From Escherichia phage NRG-P0074: 64,000 nucleotides of DNA. Positions 28,920-39,127 of this stretch are shown here, in pieces. The stretch is from the sequence record PQ480333.1, one strand, 5' to 3'. Positions within the stretch are counted from its first letter, which is position 1. The number at the start of each line of letters is the position of its first letter. Made by a program: the position numbers and the translations under genes. The notes beneath the pieces are model-generated. The model worked only from the letters and a program-made list of their open reading frames with translations, was not told where the DNA came from and ran no database searches.

Positions 28920-29116
28920 ATCCTGAATCTATGTTATCGCAAAAGCTTCGTGAAGAACGTGCCGAATTCTTTGCCAACATGAAACTCAATGGTGTTGAGG
29001 ACGAAGACTTCTTACGCTGGTTCTGGATTTACAAATACAAAGAATGCCAGCACGCTGTACTACTGACTTGTGCAGTTATGTACGAAGGCTGGAAAGGCGC
29101 TAAAAAGTTCGGTTAA
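28916..29116 (+). CDS. hypothetical protein
   Basis: ATGA-coupled, 66 aa. Confidence 0.4.
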   Translation: MNPESMLSQKLREERAEFFANMKLNGVEDEDFLRWFWIYKYKECQHAVLLTCAVMYEGWKGAKKFG

Positions 29117-29125
29117 TAATGTACA

Positions 29126-29159
29126 ACGATAGGAAGACATGTTATTATCTTCCTATCGT
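29126..29159 (+). promoter_or_regulatory. early promoter with 12-bp perfect palindrome ACGATAGGAAGA/TCTTCCTATCGT
   Basis: -35-like ATGTAC 29119-29124; loop holds TGTTATTA -10. Confidence 0.5.
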
Positions 29160-29179
29160 CTTAAAATGAGGAAAATATC

Positions 29180-29419
29180 GTGGCCCAAGAATTAGATTTT
29201 ATCAAATTCAAAAAACACCTCGACGTTAAAATTGGGGATTCAATTGTTAGGATTGAGTATGACATTTTAACAGATGCTATTACTGTTAGTTGTGATGGAA
29301 ATAGTTTCAGCTTCGATACAACCGAAAACAAATACCCAATCTATAAAGGCATCTTTGATATGGGTGTTGATATTACTCCACGTGATACAAATTACTTACT
29401 TTTCATGCTTAAAAAATAG
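29180..29419 (+). CDS. hypothetical protein
   Basis: GTG start with RBS TGAGGAAAA. Confidence 0.4.
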   Translation: MAQELDFIKFKKHLDVKIGDSIVRIEYDILTDAITVSCDGNSFSFDTTENKYPIYKGIFDMGVDITPRDTNYLLFMLKK

Positions 29420-29485
29420 TATACAAACTCTTGAGAGATGAGTATAATTCTCTCGTTGGATAATAAAATAACCGAGGAAAATAAT

Positions 29486-29818
29486 ATGTCTACTAAAATC
29501 AAAAACGTAGTTAATTCTTTCGCTTTCGATAAAGTTGTTGCTCTTCTGGAATCTGGCAATATTGTTACTCCTCAAGTTCTTGACGCGTGGGAATTCCGTC
29601 TTTATGAAATCATGCAAAAACACGGCCAGAAAATTGGACGTAATTCTATTCGTGAAATTCTAGTACAATATATTCTTTCTGAATTTGACGTTGCTGCATT
29701 TGGTGTTGAATCTAAAGCTTATCAGAAACATGAAATCTCTGAAAAGACTATCCGTCGTATGAAAAATCAACGTAAGAAAAAATTCGTTGACCTGAAAATT
29801 GTTAAGGCGGTAAAATGA
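29486..29818 (+). CDS. hypothetical protein
   Basis: ATG 29486 after RBS GAGGAAAA. Confidence 0.5.
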   Translation: MSTKIKNVVNSFAFDKVVALLESGNIVTPQVLDAWEFRLYEIMQKHGQKIGRNSIREILVQYILSEFDVAAFGVESKAYQKHEISEKTIRRMKNQRKKKFVDLKIVKAVK

Positions 29819-30042
29819 GCGTATTAACAGAAACTTTGATTAATGACCTGCGTCTAGCTGGTTACGAAGTTGGTACAAATAGCCTAGGTCTTCCTCAGAT
29901 TGAAGGGCCTGGATTTATCCTAGAATATGAATTCAAACAATGGTGGTTATATGCTACGGTTGACGATGCGTTGAATATTGATTTCGTTGACCAATTTGAT
30001 TCGCTGGATGCTGCTCTTGAAGCAGCAAAGGAACTAGAATGA
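29815..30042 (+). CDS. hypothetical protein
   Basis: ATGA-coupled, 75 aa. Confidence 0.45.
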   Translation: MSVLTETLINDLRLAGYEVGTNSLGLPQIEGPGFILEYEFKQWWLYATVDDALNIDFVDQFDSLDAALEAAKELE

Positions 30043-30308
30043 AATTAACTCGAATCAGTATAACTGAAGAAAAGCTGGGCGAATTTTATGTTGACGAATA
30101 CATGAAAGTCACGTATTTTCCATTCGTTAAAGGTGTTGGTTTTTGGGAAACTCATGTATCTCAATTAAACGAAGGCGACTATAACGAAACACATGAGAAC
30201 TTTTTAGATTTTCTTTATAATGCCGGTCTTACTGAGCTTTATATCGATATCCATGAGTTCAAACGTTTAATGGAAAAAGTGTTTCAGGCTTATTGTTTGC
30301 TCCGATAG
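30039..30308 (+). CDS. hypothetical protein
   Basis: ATGA-coupled, 89 aa. Confidence 0.45.
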   Translation: MKLTRISITEEKLGEFYVDEYMKVTYFPFVKGVGFWETHVSQLNEGDYNETHENFLDFLYNAGLTELYIDIHEFKRLMEKVFQAYCLLR

Positions 30309-30380
30309 TATCTCGTGCTTTAAGATAGGTCTCTAAATATTATGATATAATAGACCTATGAATTGAGCTAAGAGGTACTT

Positions 30381-30938
30381 ATGACTGAACAAAAACCTAA
30401 AAATAACTATGTGAATAATAAAGAGCTTCTCGCCGCTATAATCGAGTGGAAAAAGGAGCTCTTAAATAATAAAGACCCAAACAAAATTATTCGTCAGAAT
30501 GATACCATCGGTTTAGCAATTATGCTTATCGCCGAAGGCCTGTCCAAACGTTTCAACTTTTCAGGATATACCCAGTCTTGGAAGCAGGAGATGATTGCAG
30601 ATGGGATTGAAGCCTCTATTAAGGGACTTCATAATTTCGACGAAACTAAGTACAATAACCCACATGCATACATAACTCGAGCTTGTTTTAATGCTTTTGT
30701 CCAACGTATCAAAAAAGAACGTAAGGAAGTTGCAAAGAAATATAGTTACTTCGTTCATAATGTCTACGACAGTCATGACGATGATATGGTAGCGTTGGTA
30801 GATGAAACGTTTATTCAAGACATCTACGATAAAATGACGCATTATGAAGAATCCGCTTATAAAGCTCCTGGGGCTGAAAAGAAGGAAGTTGTTAGCGATT
30901 CGCCTAGTTTGGATTTTTTATATGAGGATGACAATTGA
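30381..30938 (+). CDS. 55: late transcription sigma factor gp55
   Basis: [35 protein letters not shown]...[32 protein letters not shown] matches T4 gp55 as I recall it. Confidence 0.95.
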   Translation: MTEQKPKNNYVNNKELLAAIIEWKKELLNNKDPNKIIRQNDTIGLAIMLIAEGLSKRFNFSGYTQSWKQEMIADGIEASIKGLHNFDETKYNNPHAYITRACFNAFVQRIKKERKEVAKKYSYFVHNVYDSHDDDMVALVDETFIQDIYDKMTHYEESAYKAPGAEKKEVVSDSPSLDFLYEDDN

Positions 30939-31137
30939 CATCTCTAACTACTTAGAAGAACCTTTTGACGAAGCAATCCCTTATTTGGTAAAACTGTTGG
31001 GTCGTGAATTTAAAATTAATTTTGACATCGACCCTTTGAACCCACATGACGTGTCATTTTCGATAAATGGGACTCCGGTTGAGTATGAGTTCTGTATTGA
31101 AGAGGATGGACGTTTTTATTTTAATTTAATGAGATAA
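30928..31137 (+). CDS. hypothetical protein
   Basis: Overlaps the end of gene 55; 69 aa. Confidence 0.4.
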   Translation: MTIDISNYLEEPFDEAIPYLVKLLGREFKINFDIDPLNPHDVSFSINGTPVEYEFCIEEDGRFYFNLMR

Positions 31138-31138
31138 T

Positions 31139-31462
31139 ATGACTACCGAGATTATTGAAAATAAAGAAGCAGAAGATGCAGTAGCTAAAATGCTACAAGA
31201 AATCCAAAAGAAAAATGAAGCTGAAGCACGTAAAAAATCCGAAAAGATTCTTAAAAAGAATCGTTTTGAACTAAACCGTCTTTATGCACATGCTCAAGAA
31301 GCAGCAATTCAAAACAACTTCGAAGCTTACGAATATGCTATTAAGAAATCTCGGGATATTCTACGACAACCATATAATGACAAGTTAATTAAAATCCAGT
31401 GGGTTACTACTCGTCAGGCTATTGAGGACATCATTAATGGCGCTAGTTCAAACAAAGTTTAA
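31139..31462 (+). CDS. hypothetical coiled-coil protein
   Basis: 107 aa. Confidence 0.5.
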   Translation: MTTEIIENKEAEDAVAKMLQEIQKKNEAEARKKSEKILKKNRFELNRLYAHAQEAAIQNNFEAYEYAIKKSRDILRQPYNDKLIKIQWVTTRQAIEDIINGASSNKV

Positions 31463-31643
31463 ACGTCTGAAGCTGAACGCAGGGTTCACCCTTAAATTGG
31501 GAGGTCCTCTTTGTGTTAAAATTTCTGAAAAGGAATATCACGACGGTTCTATTACAGAAATTTGTCCGCCTATTGTAAAGGCAGACCCAAAACAACTCGT
31601 GTGGGCCGATTCATTTCAAGTTAAGAAATGGTGGAAACGATGA
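31437..31643 (+). CDS. hypothetical protein
   Basis: 68 aa, overlaps upstream gene; start uncertain. Confidence 0.35.
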   Translation: MALVQTKFKRLKLNAGFTLKLGGPLCVKISEKEYHDGSITEICPPIVKADPKQLVWADSFQVKKWWKR

Positions 31644-31682
31644 GAGAAATTGATTTAGGCATTTTCTGAGAGGTGCTTATGC

Positions 31683-31856
31683 ATGACGAACGACCTGACC
31701 TCTGAAAATTTCGATAAAATCCGTAAAGGCAAAGCAGAAAGAATGAGACGTTTTAAAGAGTCTTATGATAAAGCTAAAGCCGAAGGAACTATTACATACA
31801 AGCCCATTAGATTTAAAAGTTCAAATGAGCCTCTGTACGGTGTACTATGTGGATAG
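31683..31856 (+). CDS. hypothetical small protein (57 aa, below ORF-track cutoff)
   Basis: ATG 31683 with GAGAGG upstream; ends at terminator. Confidence 0.3.
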   Translation: MTNDLTSENFDKIRKGKAERMRRFKESYDKAKAEGTITYKPIRFKSSNEPLYGVLCG

Positions 31857-31881
31857 GAACTCTTCGGAGTTCCTTTTTTTG
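31855..31881 (+). terminator. intrinsic terminator
   Basis: AGGAACTC-TTCG-GAGTTCCT followed by TTTTTTT. Confidence 0.7.
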
Positions 31882-31903
31882 CTTTATAAACGGATGATAG
31901 AAT
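31878..31903 (+). promoter_or_regulatory. middle (MotA-dependent) promoter upstream of gene 47
   Basis: MotA-box-like TTTGCTTTA (31878-31886), 11-nt spacer, -10 TAGAAT (31898-31903). Confidence 0.5.
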
Positions 31904-31926
31904 GAATTAACTAATGAGGAAATAAT

Positions 31927-32946
31927 ATGAAAATTTTGCACTTAGGCGACTTCCATATCGGAGTCAAACAAGACGACCCATGGGTCCAAGATATTCAACG
32001 TGATGGTATTCGTCAAGCAATTGAATACTCTAAGAAACACGGGATTAAAACTTGGATTCAGTACGGTGATTGGTTTGACGTCCGTAAAGCAATAACACAT
32101 CGTACAATGGAATTCAATCGTGAAATCGTTGATATGATTTCTAAAGCAGGCATTCACGTTCATGTCACGATAGGAAACCATGACATGGCGTTTAAGAATA
32201 CAATAACACCTAACACTGTTTCTGAATTGTTGACTCAATTTGAAAACTTTACTATTTACGAGCATCCAACTACTGTAGATTTTGACGGATGTCTTATTGA
32301 TATCATTCCATGGATGTGTGAAGAAAATACAGGTGAAATCTTAGAGCACATCAAGACTTCTTCTGCAGCGTATTGTGTTGGGCACTGGGAACTGAATGGT
32401 TTTTATTTCTATAAAGGAATGAAGTCTCATGGGCTTGAACCTGATTTCTTAAAGACCTATAAACAAGTCTGGTCCGGCCACTTCCACACAATCTCTGAAG
32501 CTGCTAACGTCAAATATATTGGGACACCATGGACCCTTACTGCAGGCGATGAGAACGACCCACGCGGATTCTGGGTATTTGACACTGATGTTGAACGTAT
32601 GGAATTTATTCCTAATGAAACAACATGGCATCGACGAATCACTTATCCGTTTAAAGGCAAAATCAATTATTCTGATTATACTAATCTAGCCGTACGTGTT
32701 ATAGTATCAGAAATTGATTCAGAGTTGACTAAGTTTGAATCTGAACTTGAAAAAGTAGTTCACTCTCTTCGTATGGTTTCTAAAGTTGATAATAGTGTTG
32801 AATCTGATGACGACCAGGAAATCGAGATTAAATCACTTCAAGATATCATTAAAGAATATATTGACGCGATTCCAGATATCTCAGACGAAGACAGAGAAGC
32901 GCTGGTCAAATATTCCAACGAACTTTATATTGAGGCAACACAATGA
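31927..32946 (+). CDS. 47: recombination endonuclease subunit gp47 (Mre11/SbcD-like)
   Basis: Phosphoesterase motifs LHLGDFH, GDWFD, GNHD, GHFH; 339 aa. Confidence 0.93.
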   Translation: MKILHLGDFHIGVKQDDPWVQDIQRDGIRQAIEYSKKHGIKTWIQYGDWFDVRKAITHRTMEFNREIVDMISKAGIHVHVTIGNHDMAFKNTITPNTVSELLTQFENFTIYEHPTTVDFDGCLIDIIPWMCEENTGEILEHIKTSSAAYCVGHWELNGFYFYKGMKSHGLEPDFLKTYKQVWSGHFHTISEAANVKYIGTPWTLTAGDENDPRGFWVFDTDVERMEFIPNETTWHRRITYPFKGKINYSDYTNLAVRVIVSEIDSELTKFESELEKVVHSLRMVSKVDNSVESDDDQEIEIKSLQDIIKEYIDAIPDISDEDREALVKYSNELYIEATQ

Positions 32947-33206
32947 CTTTAGATGAATTTAACAATGCTGGACTCAGGCTTGAAGTTGAAATGGACGTTA
33001 AAGATGATGATGGATTCGAGAACACTATCAAGTATTGGATTGAGCCATTACGCGTTGAAGGCAATGAAGTTAAAGCAGTTCATGTCTGCACCGACTGGGC
33101 TGTATCCTTTAACTTCAACATTTTAGATAATGACACACCTAAATCATTGCGAGATATGGCTGTATCTTGTATTAAGGATGCATACTGTGAAGTTTTCGAC
33201 ATTTGA
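32943..33206 (+). CDS. hypothetical acidic protein
   Basis: ATGA-coupled to 47. Confidence 0.5.
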   Translation: MTLDEFNNAGLRLEVEMDVKDDDGFENTIKYWIEPLRVEGNEVKAVHVCTDWAVSFNFNILDNDTPKSLRDMAVSCIKDAYCEVFDI

Positions 33207-33393
33207 CATTAATGATGAATTCATAGCAAACATTGATTATACCGAAGAAGATTCTAGATATGTTGGAATAATTTATATTACATCAAAAACAGCACAAGGC
33301 GTTGTTTGCATGGCTGAATTTGATGAATACTTTTTAGATTATGATGATATGATAGAATGGTCTAAAAGATACATTAAAAGGAATCTTTTGTGA
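33178..33393 (+). CDS. hypothetical protein
   Basis: Overlapping ORF; start uncertain (ATG 33178 or GTG 33187). Confidence 0.3.
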   Translation: MHTVKFSTFDINDEFIANIDYTEEDSRYVGIIYITSKTAQGVVCMAEFDEYFLDYDDMIEWSKRYIKRNLL

Positions 33394-34244
33394 AGAATTT
33401 TAAACTTGATATTAATGACGAATTTTTAATAAAGGAATTAGTTGAAAAATTAGTGTTGAGCGAAGAAGACGCCAAGTCTTACATTAATTTTATTTCTATG
33501 AATTCAACTGTTAAAACTCCGGGTAAAACGGAAGCACATCACGTGCTTCCTAAATCAATATTTCCTGAATATTTAAAATCTACATGGAATTTAGTTAATT
33601 TAAGTCATTTTAATCATTTCAAAGCACATTTCTTATTAGCAAAAGGTAAAAATGGAAAAATGCTAAATGCTTTAAATAGAATGATGTCAGGAAAAACATA
33701 TAAAAATTTATCTTTAGCCGAAGTTGATTTAATAGCTGCTGAATATAGTTTTATAAGACAAGATGTAAGTGACACAATATCAAAAAGGCTTCAACAATAT
33801 TATTCAAATCCGCAAAATAGAAATGCTGCTAGAGAAAGGGCATTAAAATATTTTTCAGTAGCAAAAAATAGGAAAGATAACAAAGAAAGATTAAATAATT
33901 TTAAAACAAAACAAAAAATTTCAATGGCTTCAAGGGAATGGTTTAATAACGAAGAAAATAAAATTAAACACCAAAAGGCTGTTCGTGCTGCTTTATCAAA
34001 ACCTGAATATAAAATAGCTATATCAAATTCAGTAGCTGCTAGTTGGAAAAATCCGGAGATTAGAAAAGCTCATATAGCATCTCGACGAAAAGGCTATCAT
34101 TGGGATAATAAAGATAAATTGTATGAATTGTGGATATCATATAATCGTCCTAAACATGTGATGTTTAGGAAAATGTTAGTTAAGAATGGATATCCAATAG
34201 AGGCTTCATTACAGGCTTTAGTTAAAGAATTTTCTTCATTGTGA
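33390..34244 (+). CDS. HNH homing endonuclease (Mob-like), free-standing mobile gene
   Basis: HNH motif TEAHHVLPKS...NLVNLSHFNHFKAH; AT-rich (Lys/Asn-rich) relative to neighbours; inserted between 47 and 46. Confidence 0.75.
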   Translation: MKNFKLDINDEFLIKELVEKLVLSEEDAKSYINFISMNSTVKTPGKTEAHHVLPKSIFPEYLKSTWNLVNLSHFNHFKAHFLLAKGKNGKMLNALNRMMSGKTYKNLSLAEVDLIAAEYSFIRQDVSDTISKRLQQYYSNPQNRNAARERALKYFSVAKNRKDNKERLNNFKTKQKISMASREWFNNEENKIKHQKAVRAALSKPEYKIAISNSVAASWKNPEIRKAHIASRRKGYHWDNKDKLYELWISYNRPKHVMFRKMLVKNGYPIEASLQALVKEFSSL

Positions 34245-34259
34245 ACAATTGGATACAAA

Positions 34260-35948
34260 ATGAAATCATTTAAACTTAATAGAGTAAAATATAAAAATAT
34301 AATGTCAGTTGGTCAAAATGGAGTTGACATTCAATTAGATAAGGTTCAAAAAACTCTTATTACTGGACGAAATGGCGGTGGTAAATCTACGATGTTAGAA
34401 GCCATTACTTTCGGACTTTTCGGTAAACCATTTCGTGATGTTAAGAAAGGACAAATCATTAATAGCACGAACAAGAAAGAGCTCTTAGTTGAGCTTTGGA
34501 TGGAATTCGATGATAAAAAATACTTCATTAGACGTGGTCAAAAGCCCAATATTTTCGAAATCTCCGTTGACGGTGTTCGTCTCGATGAATCTGCCAGCAG
34601 TCGTGACTTCCAAGAAGAATTTGAACGTAGCATCGGAATGTCATACGCGTCTTTTAAACAAATCGTTGTGCTTGGGACGGCAGGGTATACCCCTTTCATG
34701 GCTCTTAGCACCCCTGCTCGTAGAAAACTTGTCGAAGACCTTTTAGAAGTCGGCACACTCGCTGAAATGGATAAAATCAATAAGTCTCAAGTTCGAGAAC
34801 TTAATTCCCAGGGACAAGTTCTCGATGCCAAGAAAGATGGTGTTATCCAACAAATTAAGATTTATAACGAGAATATCGAACGTCAAAAGAAATTATCTGG
34901 TGATAATGTAGCGCGTCTACAGAATATGTATGACGACCTAGCCAAAGAAGCTCGTTCATTAAAAGCAGAAATCGAAGAAGCTAATGAGCGACTACTTAAT
35001 ATCGTTCTTGACGAAGACCCTACTGAGGCATTCAACAAGATCGGACAAGAAGCATTCTTGATTAAATCTAAAATTGACTCATATAACAAAGTTATTAAGA
35101 TGTATCATGATGGCGGTACATGTCCTACTTGTGCATCACAGTTGCACCAGGGTGATCCTATTGTCTCTAAGATTACCGATAAGCTTCACGAATGTAATCA
35201 CTCATTCGAGCAACTTACATGTCACAGAGATAATCTGAGTGTCCTAGTGGACGAATATAGAGCTAATGTTAAGACTAAACAGGACCTTGCATCTGATATT
35301 CGTACCAAGAAACAAGCAATGATTGCCACTATTGATAAAGCTAAGAAAGTTAAAGCTGCAATAGAACAAGCCTCGGCGGAATTTATCGACCATGCCGATG
35401 AGATAGCTTTGCTTCAAAAAGAACTTGATAAAATCATTAAAACAAAATCGGATATCGTTCTTGAAAAATACCATCGCGGTATTATCACAGATATGTTAAA
35501 AGATTCTGGTATTAAAGGTGCTATCATTAAAAAATATGTGCCTCTGTTCAACAAGCAGATTAACCATTATCTTAAAATCATGGAAGCTGATTATGTGTTT
35601 TCTATTGACGAAGAATTCAATGAATCTATAAAATCACGTGGACGTGAAGAATTCAGTTATGCTTCGTTTAGTCAAGGTGAAAAGGCACGTATCGATATCG
35701 CATTGTTGTTTACATGGCGAGATATCGCTGAAAAGGTCTCTGGCGTTAGAATCAATACATTAATTATGGACGAAGTCATGGATTCCGCGACTGATTCTGA
35801 AGGTATTAAAGCTATTTCAACAATTCTTAACTCTCTAACCGATGCAAACGTGTTTATAATTAGTCACAGAGACCATGACCCACAAGCTTATGGACAACAT
35901 CTTCAAATGAGCAAAGTTGGACGATTTACTGTAATGAAAGCCTCTTAA
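34260..35948 (+). CDS. 46: recombination endonuclease subunit gp46 (Rad50/SbcC-like ATPase)
   Basis: Walker A GRNGGGKST, long coiled coil, signature SFSQGEKARIDIALLF, Walker B IMDEVMD. Confidence 0.93.
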   Translation: MKSFKLNRVKYKNIMSVGQNGVDIQLDKVQKTLITGRNGGGKSTMLEAITFGLFGKPFRDVKKGQIINSTNKKELLVELWMEFDDKKYFIRRGQKPNIFEISVDGVRLDESASSRDFQEEFERSIGMSYASFKQIVVLGTAGYTPFMALSTPARRKLVEDLLEVGTLAEMDKINKSQVRELNSQGQVLDAKKDGVIQQIKIYNENIERQKKLSGDNVARLQNMYDDLAKEARSLKAEIEEANERLLNIVLDEDPTEAFNKIGQEAFLIKSKIDSYNKVIKMYHDGGTCPTCASQLHQGDPIVSKITDKLHECNHSFEQLTCHRDNLSVLVDEYRANVKTKQDLASDIRTKKQAMIATIDKAKKVKAAIEQASAEFIDHADEIALLQKELDKIIKTKSDIVLEKYHRGIITDMLKDSGIKGAIIKKYVPLFNKQINHYLKIMEADYVFSIDEEFNESIKSRGREEFSYASFSQGEKARIDIALLFTWRDIAEKVSGVRINTLIMDEVMDSATDSEGIKAISTILNSLTDANVFIISHRDHDPQAYGQHLQMSKVGRFTVMKAS

Positions 35949-36661
35949 TGAGGCTTATATTTACAATTATCGAAATGCCAACGATGCATATTAGCAGGGA
36001 TCCCTATTTTATCGCAATGAGGACATTTAATTTTCTTGTCCTCTTTTTTCTTTCTGTTAGGATTTGATTTACAGAATTTTATATGTGGCTTTAACGCCGA
36101 TAACTTAGTAGTTAAGCCACAAAACGGGCAAGAATCTTCTTTCCAAATTTTCGTGGCCATGGTTTTAATTATTTTATCTTTTGTTTCTTGATCAAGTTTT
36201 ACTATTTTAGGCGTTGGACCTTGTTTACAATTATCAAAATGCCAACGTCGCATGTTTCCTTCAGTTCCAGTTAAACCACAATGTGGACAGGTAATCTTTG
36301 GTTTATTTTTTGCAGACTCGGACATTTTCTTACGGGTTTCAGCAGTGAATTCTTTATTCTTTTGAACTTCTTGATTCTTACGTCGAAGCCATCCAAATAA
36401 TTTGTTTTTGCTTCTATCTGCTTTAGGAGATGATATGGTCATCATACGAGCGGCATATATTAAAGAGGCATTATCTGGATGGATTTTTACCAACAGTTGA
36501 TGTGCCAAATAATGTTCTTCCGGTGTTAAGTCTACTAAGTTTAAAGCATCATCACTTCCACCTAAACATTGTGGTATAATGTGATGACGTTCTGTATAAC
36601 CATCTAAACTTCTTGATTTAGCATTGGTGATAAGCTTTTCGTATATTGAGTTATAATTCAT
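35945..36661 (-). CDS. HNH homing endonuclease with three C-terminal zinc-finger repeats, free-standing mobile gene
   Basis: Minus strand; HNH motif ERHHIIPQCLGGSDD...EEHYLAH; repeats CPHCG...WHFDNCK; convergent with gene 46 (4-bp overlap). Confidence 0.8.
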   Translation of the reverse strand: MNYNSIYEKLITNAKSRSLDGYTERHHIIPQCLGGSDDALNLVDLTPEEHYLAHQLLVKIHPDNASLIYAARMMTISSPKADRSKNKLFGWLRRKNQEVQKNKEFTAETRKKMSESAKNKPKITCPHCGLTGTEGNMRRWHFDNCKQGPTPKIVKLDQETKDKIIKTMATKIWKEDSCPFCGLTTKLSALKPHIKFCKSNPNRKKKEDKKIKCPHCDKIGIPANMHRWHFDNCKYKPH

Positions 36662-36738
36662 TTACTAAATCCTTATTTGATACAGCAACAGATAAATTGA
36701 TAAACCTATTTATATTGCTTTAATCACGGAGATTTATA

Positions 36739-36930
36739 ATGGCGGAGTATTCAACCGGACAACATCTTCTCGTTGTCCCTGAAATTAAAAGATATGTTTT
36801 GACCAATACGTTTTCAGGTGAAGAACATATTGTTACTGAACAAATGCTCAAATCTGCTTTTAAAGATGAGTATAATAAAATAATGTCTAATCGCAATTCC
36901 GCATGGACAGTTACCGACTTCTACGAATAA
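36739..36930 (+). CDS. hypothetical protein
   Basis: 63 aa. Confidence 0.5.
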   Translation: MAEYSTGQHLLVVPEIKRYVLTNTFSGEEHIVTEQMLKSAFKDEYNKIMSNRNSAWTVTDFYE

Positions 36931-36942
36931 GAGAGAAATAAT

Positions 36943-37359
36943 ATGTTTACTACTGCTAAAGGTTTCACTGCTGCTGATCTGAAAGTTACTTCTATCCGTA
37001 CTGACGCTAACCCACATAACCATAATCGTGTTCGTAAAGCATGGGTCCTGCATTGTGATGACGCAAGTGCTAAAAAACTCCAATCTTTGCCACAAGAAAC
37101 TCGTTTTATGATTTATGGTTTTATTGATAACGATGTATCTGATATGTGGATTCATCTGATGCGTAAGCACTATAAAGATTCTATTGAAGCTGGCGGAAAA
37201 ATCGTTCTTGATAAAGACGGTTCTGAGCGTCTGGAAGATTTCTATTGTGTTGATGCCGACGAACAACTAATTGCAGCTGGCGAAATTGTTGCTTCTAAAA
37301 TTCCAGAATATATTGAATCACTGCCTGAAGCTATTAAAAAGCAGATGGTTGCTGCATAA
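36943..37359 (+). CDS. rpbA: RNA polymerase binding protein RpbA
   Basis: Position between 46 and 45 as in T4; sequence MFTTAKGFTAADLKVTSIRTDANPHNHNRVRKAWVLHCDD fits my recollection of RpbA. Confidence 0.7.
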   Translation: MFTTAKGFTAADLKVTSIRTDANPHNHNRVRKAWVLHCDDASAKKLQSLPQETRFMIYGFIDNDVSDMWIHLMRKHYKDSIEAGGKIVLDKDGSERLEDFYCVDADEQLIAAGEIVASKIPEYIESLPEAIKKQMVAA

Positions 37360-37401
37360 TAAATTTGTTATAAACTTTGAATTGTCTTGAAAGGAAATAA
37401 A

Positions 37402-38088
37402 ATGAAACTGTCTAAAGATACTATCGCTATTCTGAAAAACTTTGCCTCTATTAACTCTGGCATTCTGCTTAGTCAAGGTAAATTTATTATGACTCGTGCA
37501 GTTAATGGCACCACTTATGCGGAAGCAAATATCTCTGATGAAATTGATTTTGACGTAGCACTTTATGATTTGAATAGCTTCTTAAGCATTTTGAGTCTAG
37601 TGTCTGACGATGCTGAAATTTCAATGCACACTGATGGCAATATTAAAATTGCAGACACACGTTCCACAGTTTATTGGCCTGCCGCTGACAAGAGCACCAT
37701 TGTTTTTCCTAATAAGCCAATTCAATTCCCAGTGGCTTCTGTGATTACCGAAATTAAAGCTGAAGACCTTCAACAATTGCTTCGAGTTTCACGTGGTCTT
37801 CAGATTGATACAATTGCTATTACAAATAAAGATGGTAAAATTGTTATCAATGGCTATAATAAAGTTGAAGATTCTGGACTAACTCGTCCTAAGTATTCTT
37901 TGACTCTTACCGATTATGATGGTTCTAACAACTTTAACTTCGTAATCAATATGGCTAATATGAAAATTCAGCCAGGTAACTATAAAGTAATGTTGTGGGG
38001 AGCTGGTGATAAAGTTGCAGCTAAGTTTGAAAGCTCTCAAGTAAGTTATGTTATTGCGATGGAAGCCGATTCTACTCACGACTTCTAA
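37402..38088 (+). CDS. 45: sliding clamp gp45
   Basis: MKLSKDTIAILKNFASINSGILLSQGKFIMTRAVNGTTYAEANISD...ADSTHDF matches T4 gp45 as I recall it (228 aa). Confidence 0.95.
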   Translation: MKLSKDTIAILKNFASINSGILLSQGKFIMTRAVNGTTYAEANISDEIDFDVALYDLNSFLSILSLVSDDAEISMHTDGNIKIADTRSTVYWPAADKSTIVFPNKPIQFPVASVITEIKAEDLQQLLRVSRGLQIDTIAITNKDGKIVINGYNKVEDSGLTRPKYSLTLTDYDGSNNFNFVINMANMKIQPGNYKVMLWGAGDKVAAKFESSQVSYVIAMEADSTHDF

Positions 38089-38163
38089 GTCAAAGCTTTA
38101 CGTTTATTGTGATACGATTATGGAGGAGAAATCCTCCAGTTTAATGATAATGAGGAAAATTAC

Positions 38164-39126
38164 ATGATTACTATCAATTCCAAAGAACACATTCTAGAAC
38201 AGAAATATCGTCCTTCTTCCATTGACGAATGTATTCTGCCTGCGTATGACCATGAAACATTCAAGTCTTTAGTATCTAAAGGAAAACTTCCTCATATTAT
38301 TTTACACTCTCCATCTCCTGGTACCGGTAAAACAACCGTGGCAAAAGCATTATGTAACGATATCAACGCTGAAATGATGTTCGTCAACGGTTCTGATTGT
38401 AAAATTGATTTTGTACGTGGTCCGTTAACTGCATTCGCTCGTTCAGTCTCAATGGAAGGCAAGCCTAAAGTTATTGTTATTGATGAATTTGACCGTAGTG
38501 GCCTCGCCGAATCACAACGTCACCTTCGTACGTTTATGGAAGAATTCTCTAGTAACTGTTCTATTATTATTACTGCTAACAACATCGATGGAATTATTGA
38601 ACCATTACGTAGTCGTTGTCGAGTTATCGAATTCGGACGTCCAACCGAAGAAGATAAAATCTCGATGATGAAGAAAATGATTCATCGTATGGTTGAAATC
38701 TGTAAGAACGAAAATATCGAAATCGCTGATATGAAAGTTGTTGCAGCTCTGGTTAAAAAGAACTTCCCGGACTTTCGTCGCACAATTGGTCAATTAGACC
38801 AGTACTCGTCTAAAGGTGTTCTTGATGCGGGTATTCTGTCTATCGTAACTAATGACCGTGGCACAGTCTCTGATGTTATCGAAGCAATGAAAAATAAAGA
38901 TATCAAACAACTTCGTGCATTAGCTCCAAAATATGCTGCAGATTATTCATGGTTCATCGATAAATTAGTTTCAGAATGTTATGACCAAGTTGCACCTGGT
39001 AAAAGTATTATTTCGCTTTACGAAATTGCAGGTGAAAATAATAAGTTTCATGGATTAGCTAGTAATATTGAATTACATGTTATGTATATGCTTCTTCAAT
39101 TGACTTGTGAATTGACTTGGAAATAA
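38164..39126 (+). CDS. 44: clamp loader large subunit gp44
   Basis: [22 protein letters not shown], Walker [18 protein letters not shown]; matches T4 gp44 as I recall it. Confidence 0.95.
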   Translation: MITINSKEHILEQKYRPSSIDECILPAYDHETFKSLVSKGKLPHIILHSPSPGTGKTTVAKALCNDINAEMMFVNGSDCKIDFVRGPLTAFARSVSMEGKPKVIVIDEFDRSGLAESQRHLRTFMEEFSSNCSIIITANNIDGIIEPLRSRCRVIEFGRPTEEDKISMMKKMIHRMVEICKNENIEIADMKVVAALVKKNFPDFRRTIGQLDQYSSKGVLDAGILSIVTNDRGTVSDVIEAMKNKDIKQLRALAPKYAADYSWFIDKLVSECYDQVAPGKSIISLYEIAGENNKFHGLASNIELHVMYMLLQLTCELTWK

Positions 39127-39127
39127 T

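Noticed and set aside
36713-36736. MotA-box-like TTGCTTTA plus TATAAT before the 36739 gene
   Set aside because: The -10 would abut the start codon, so a transcript from here could not include the RBS of that gene; could serve downstream genes but too uncertain to annotate.
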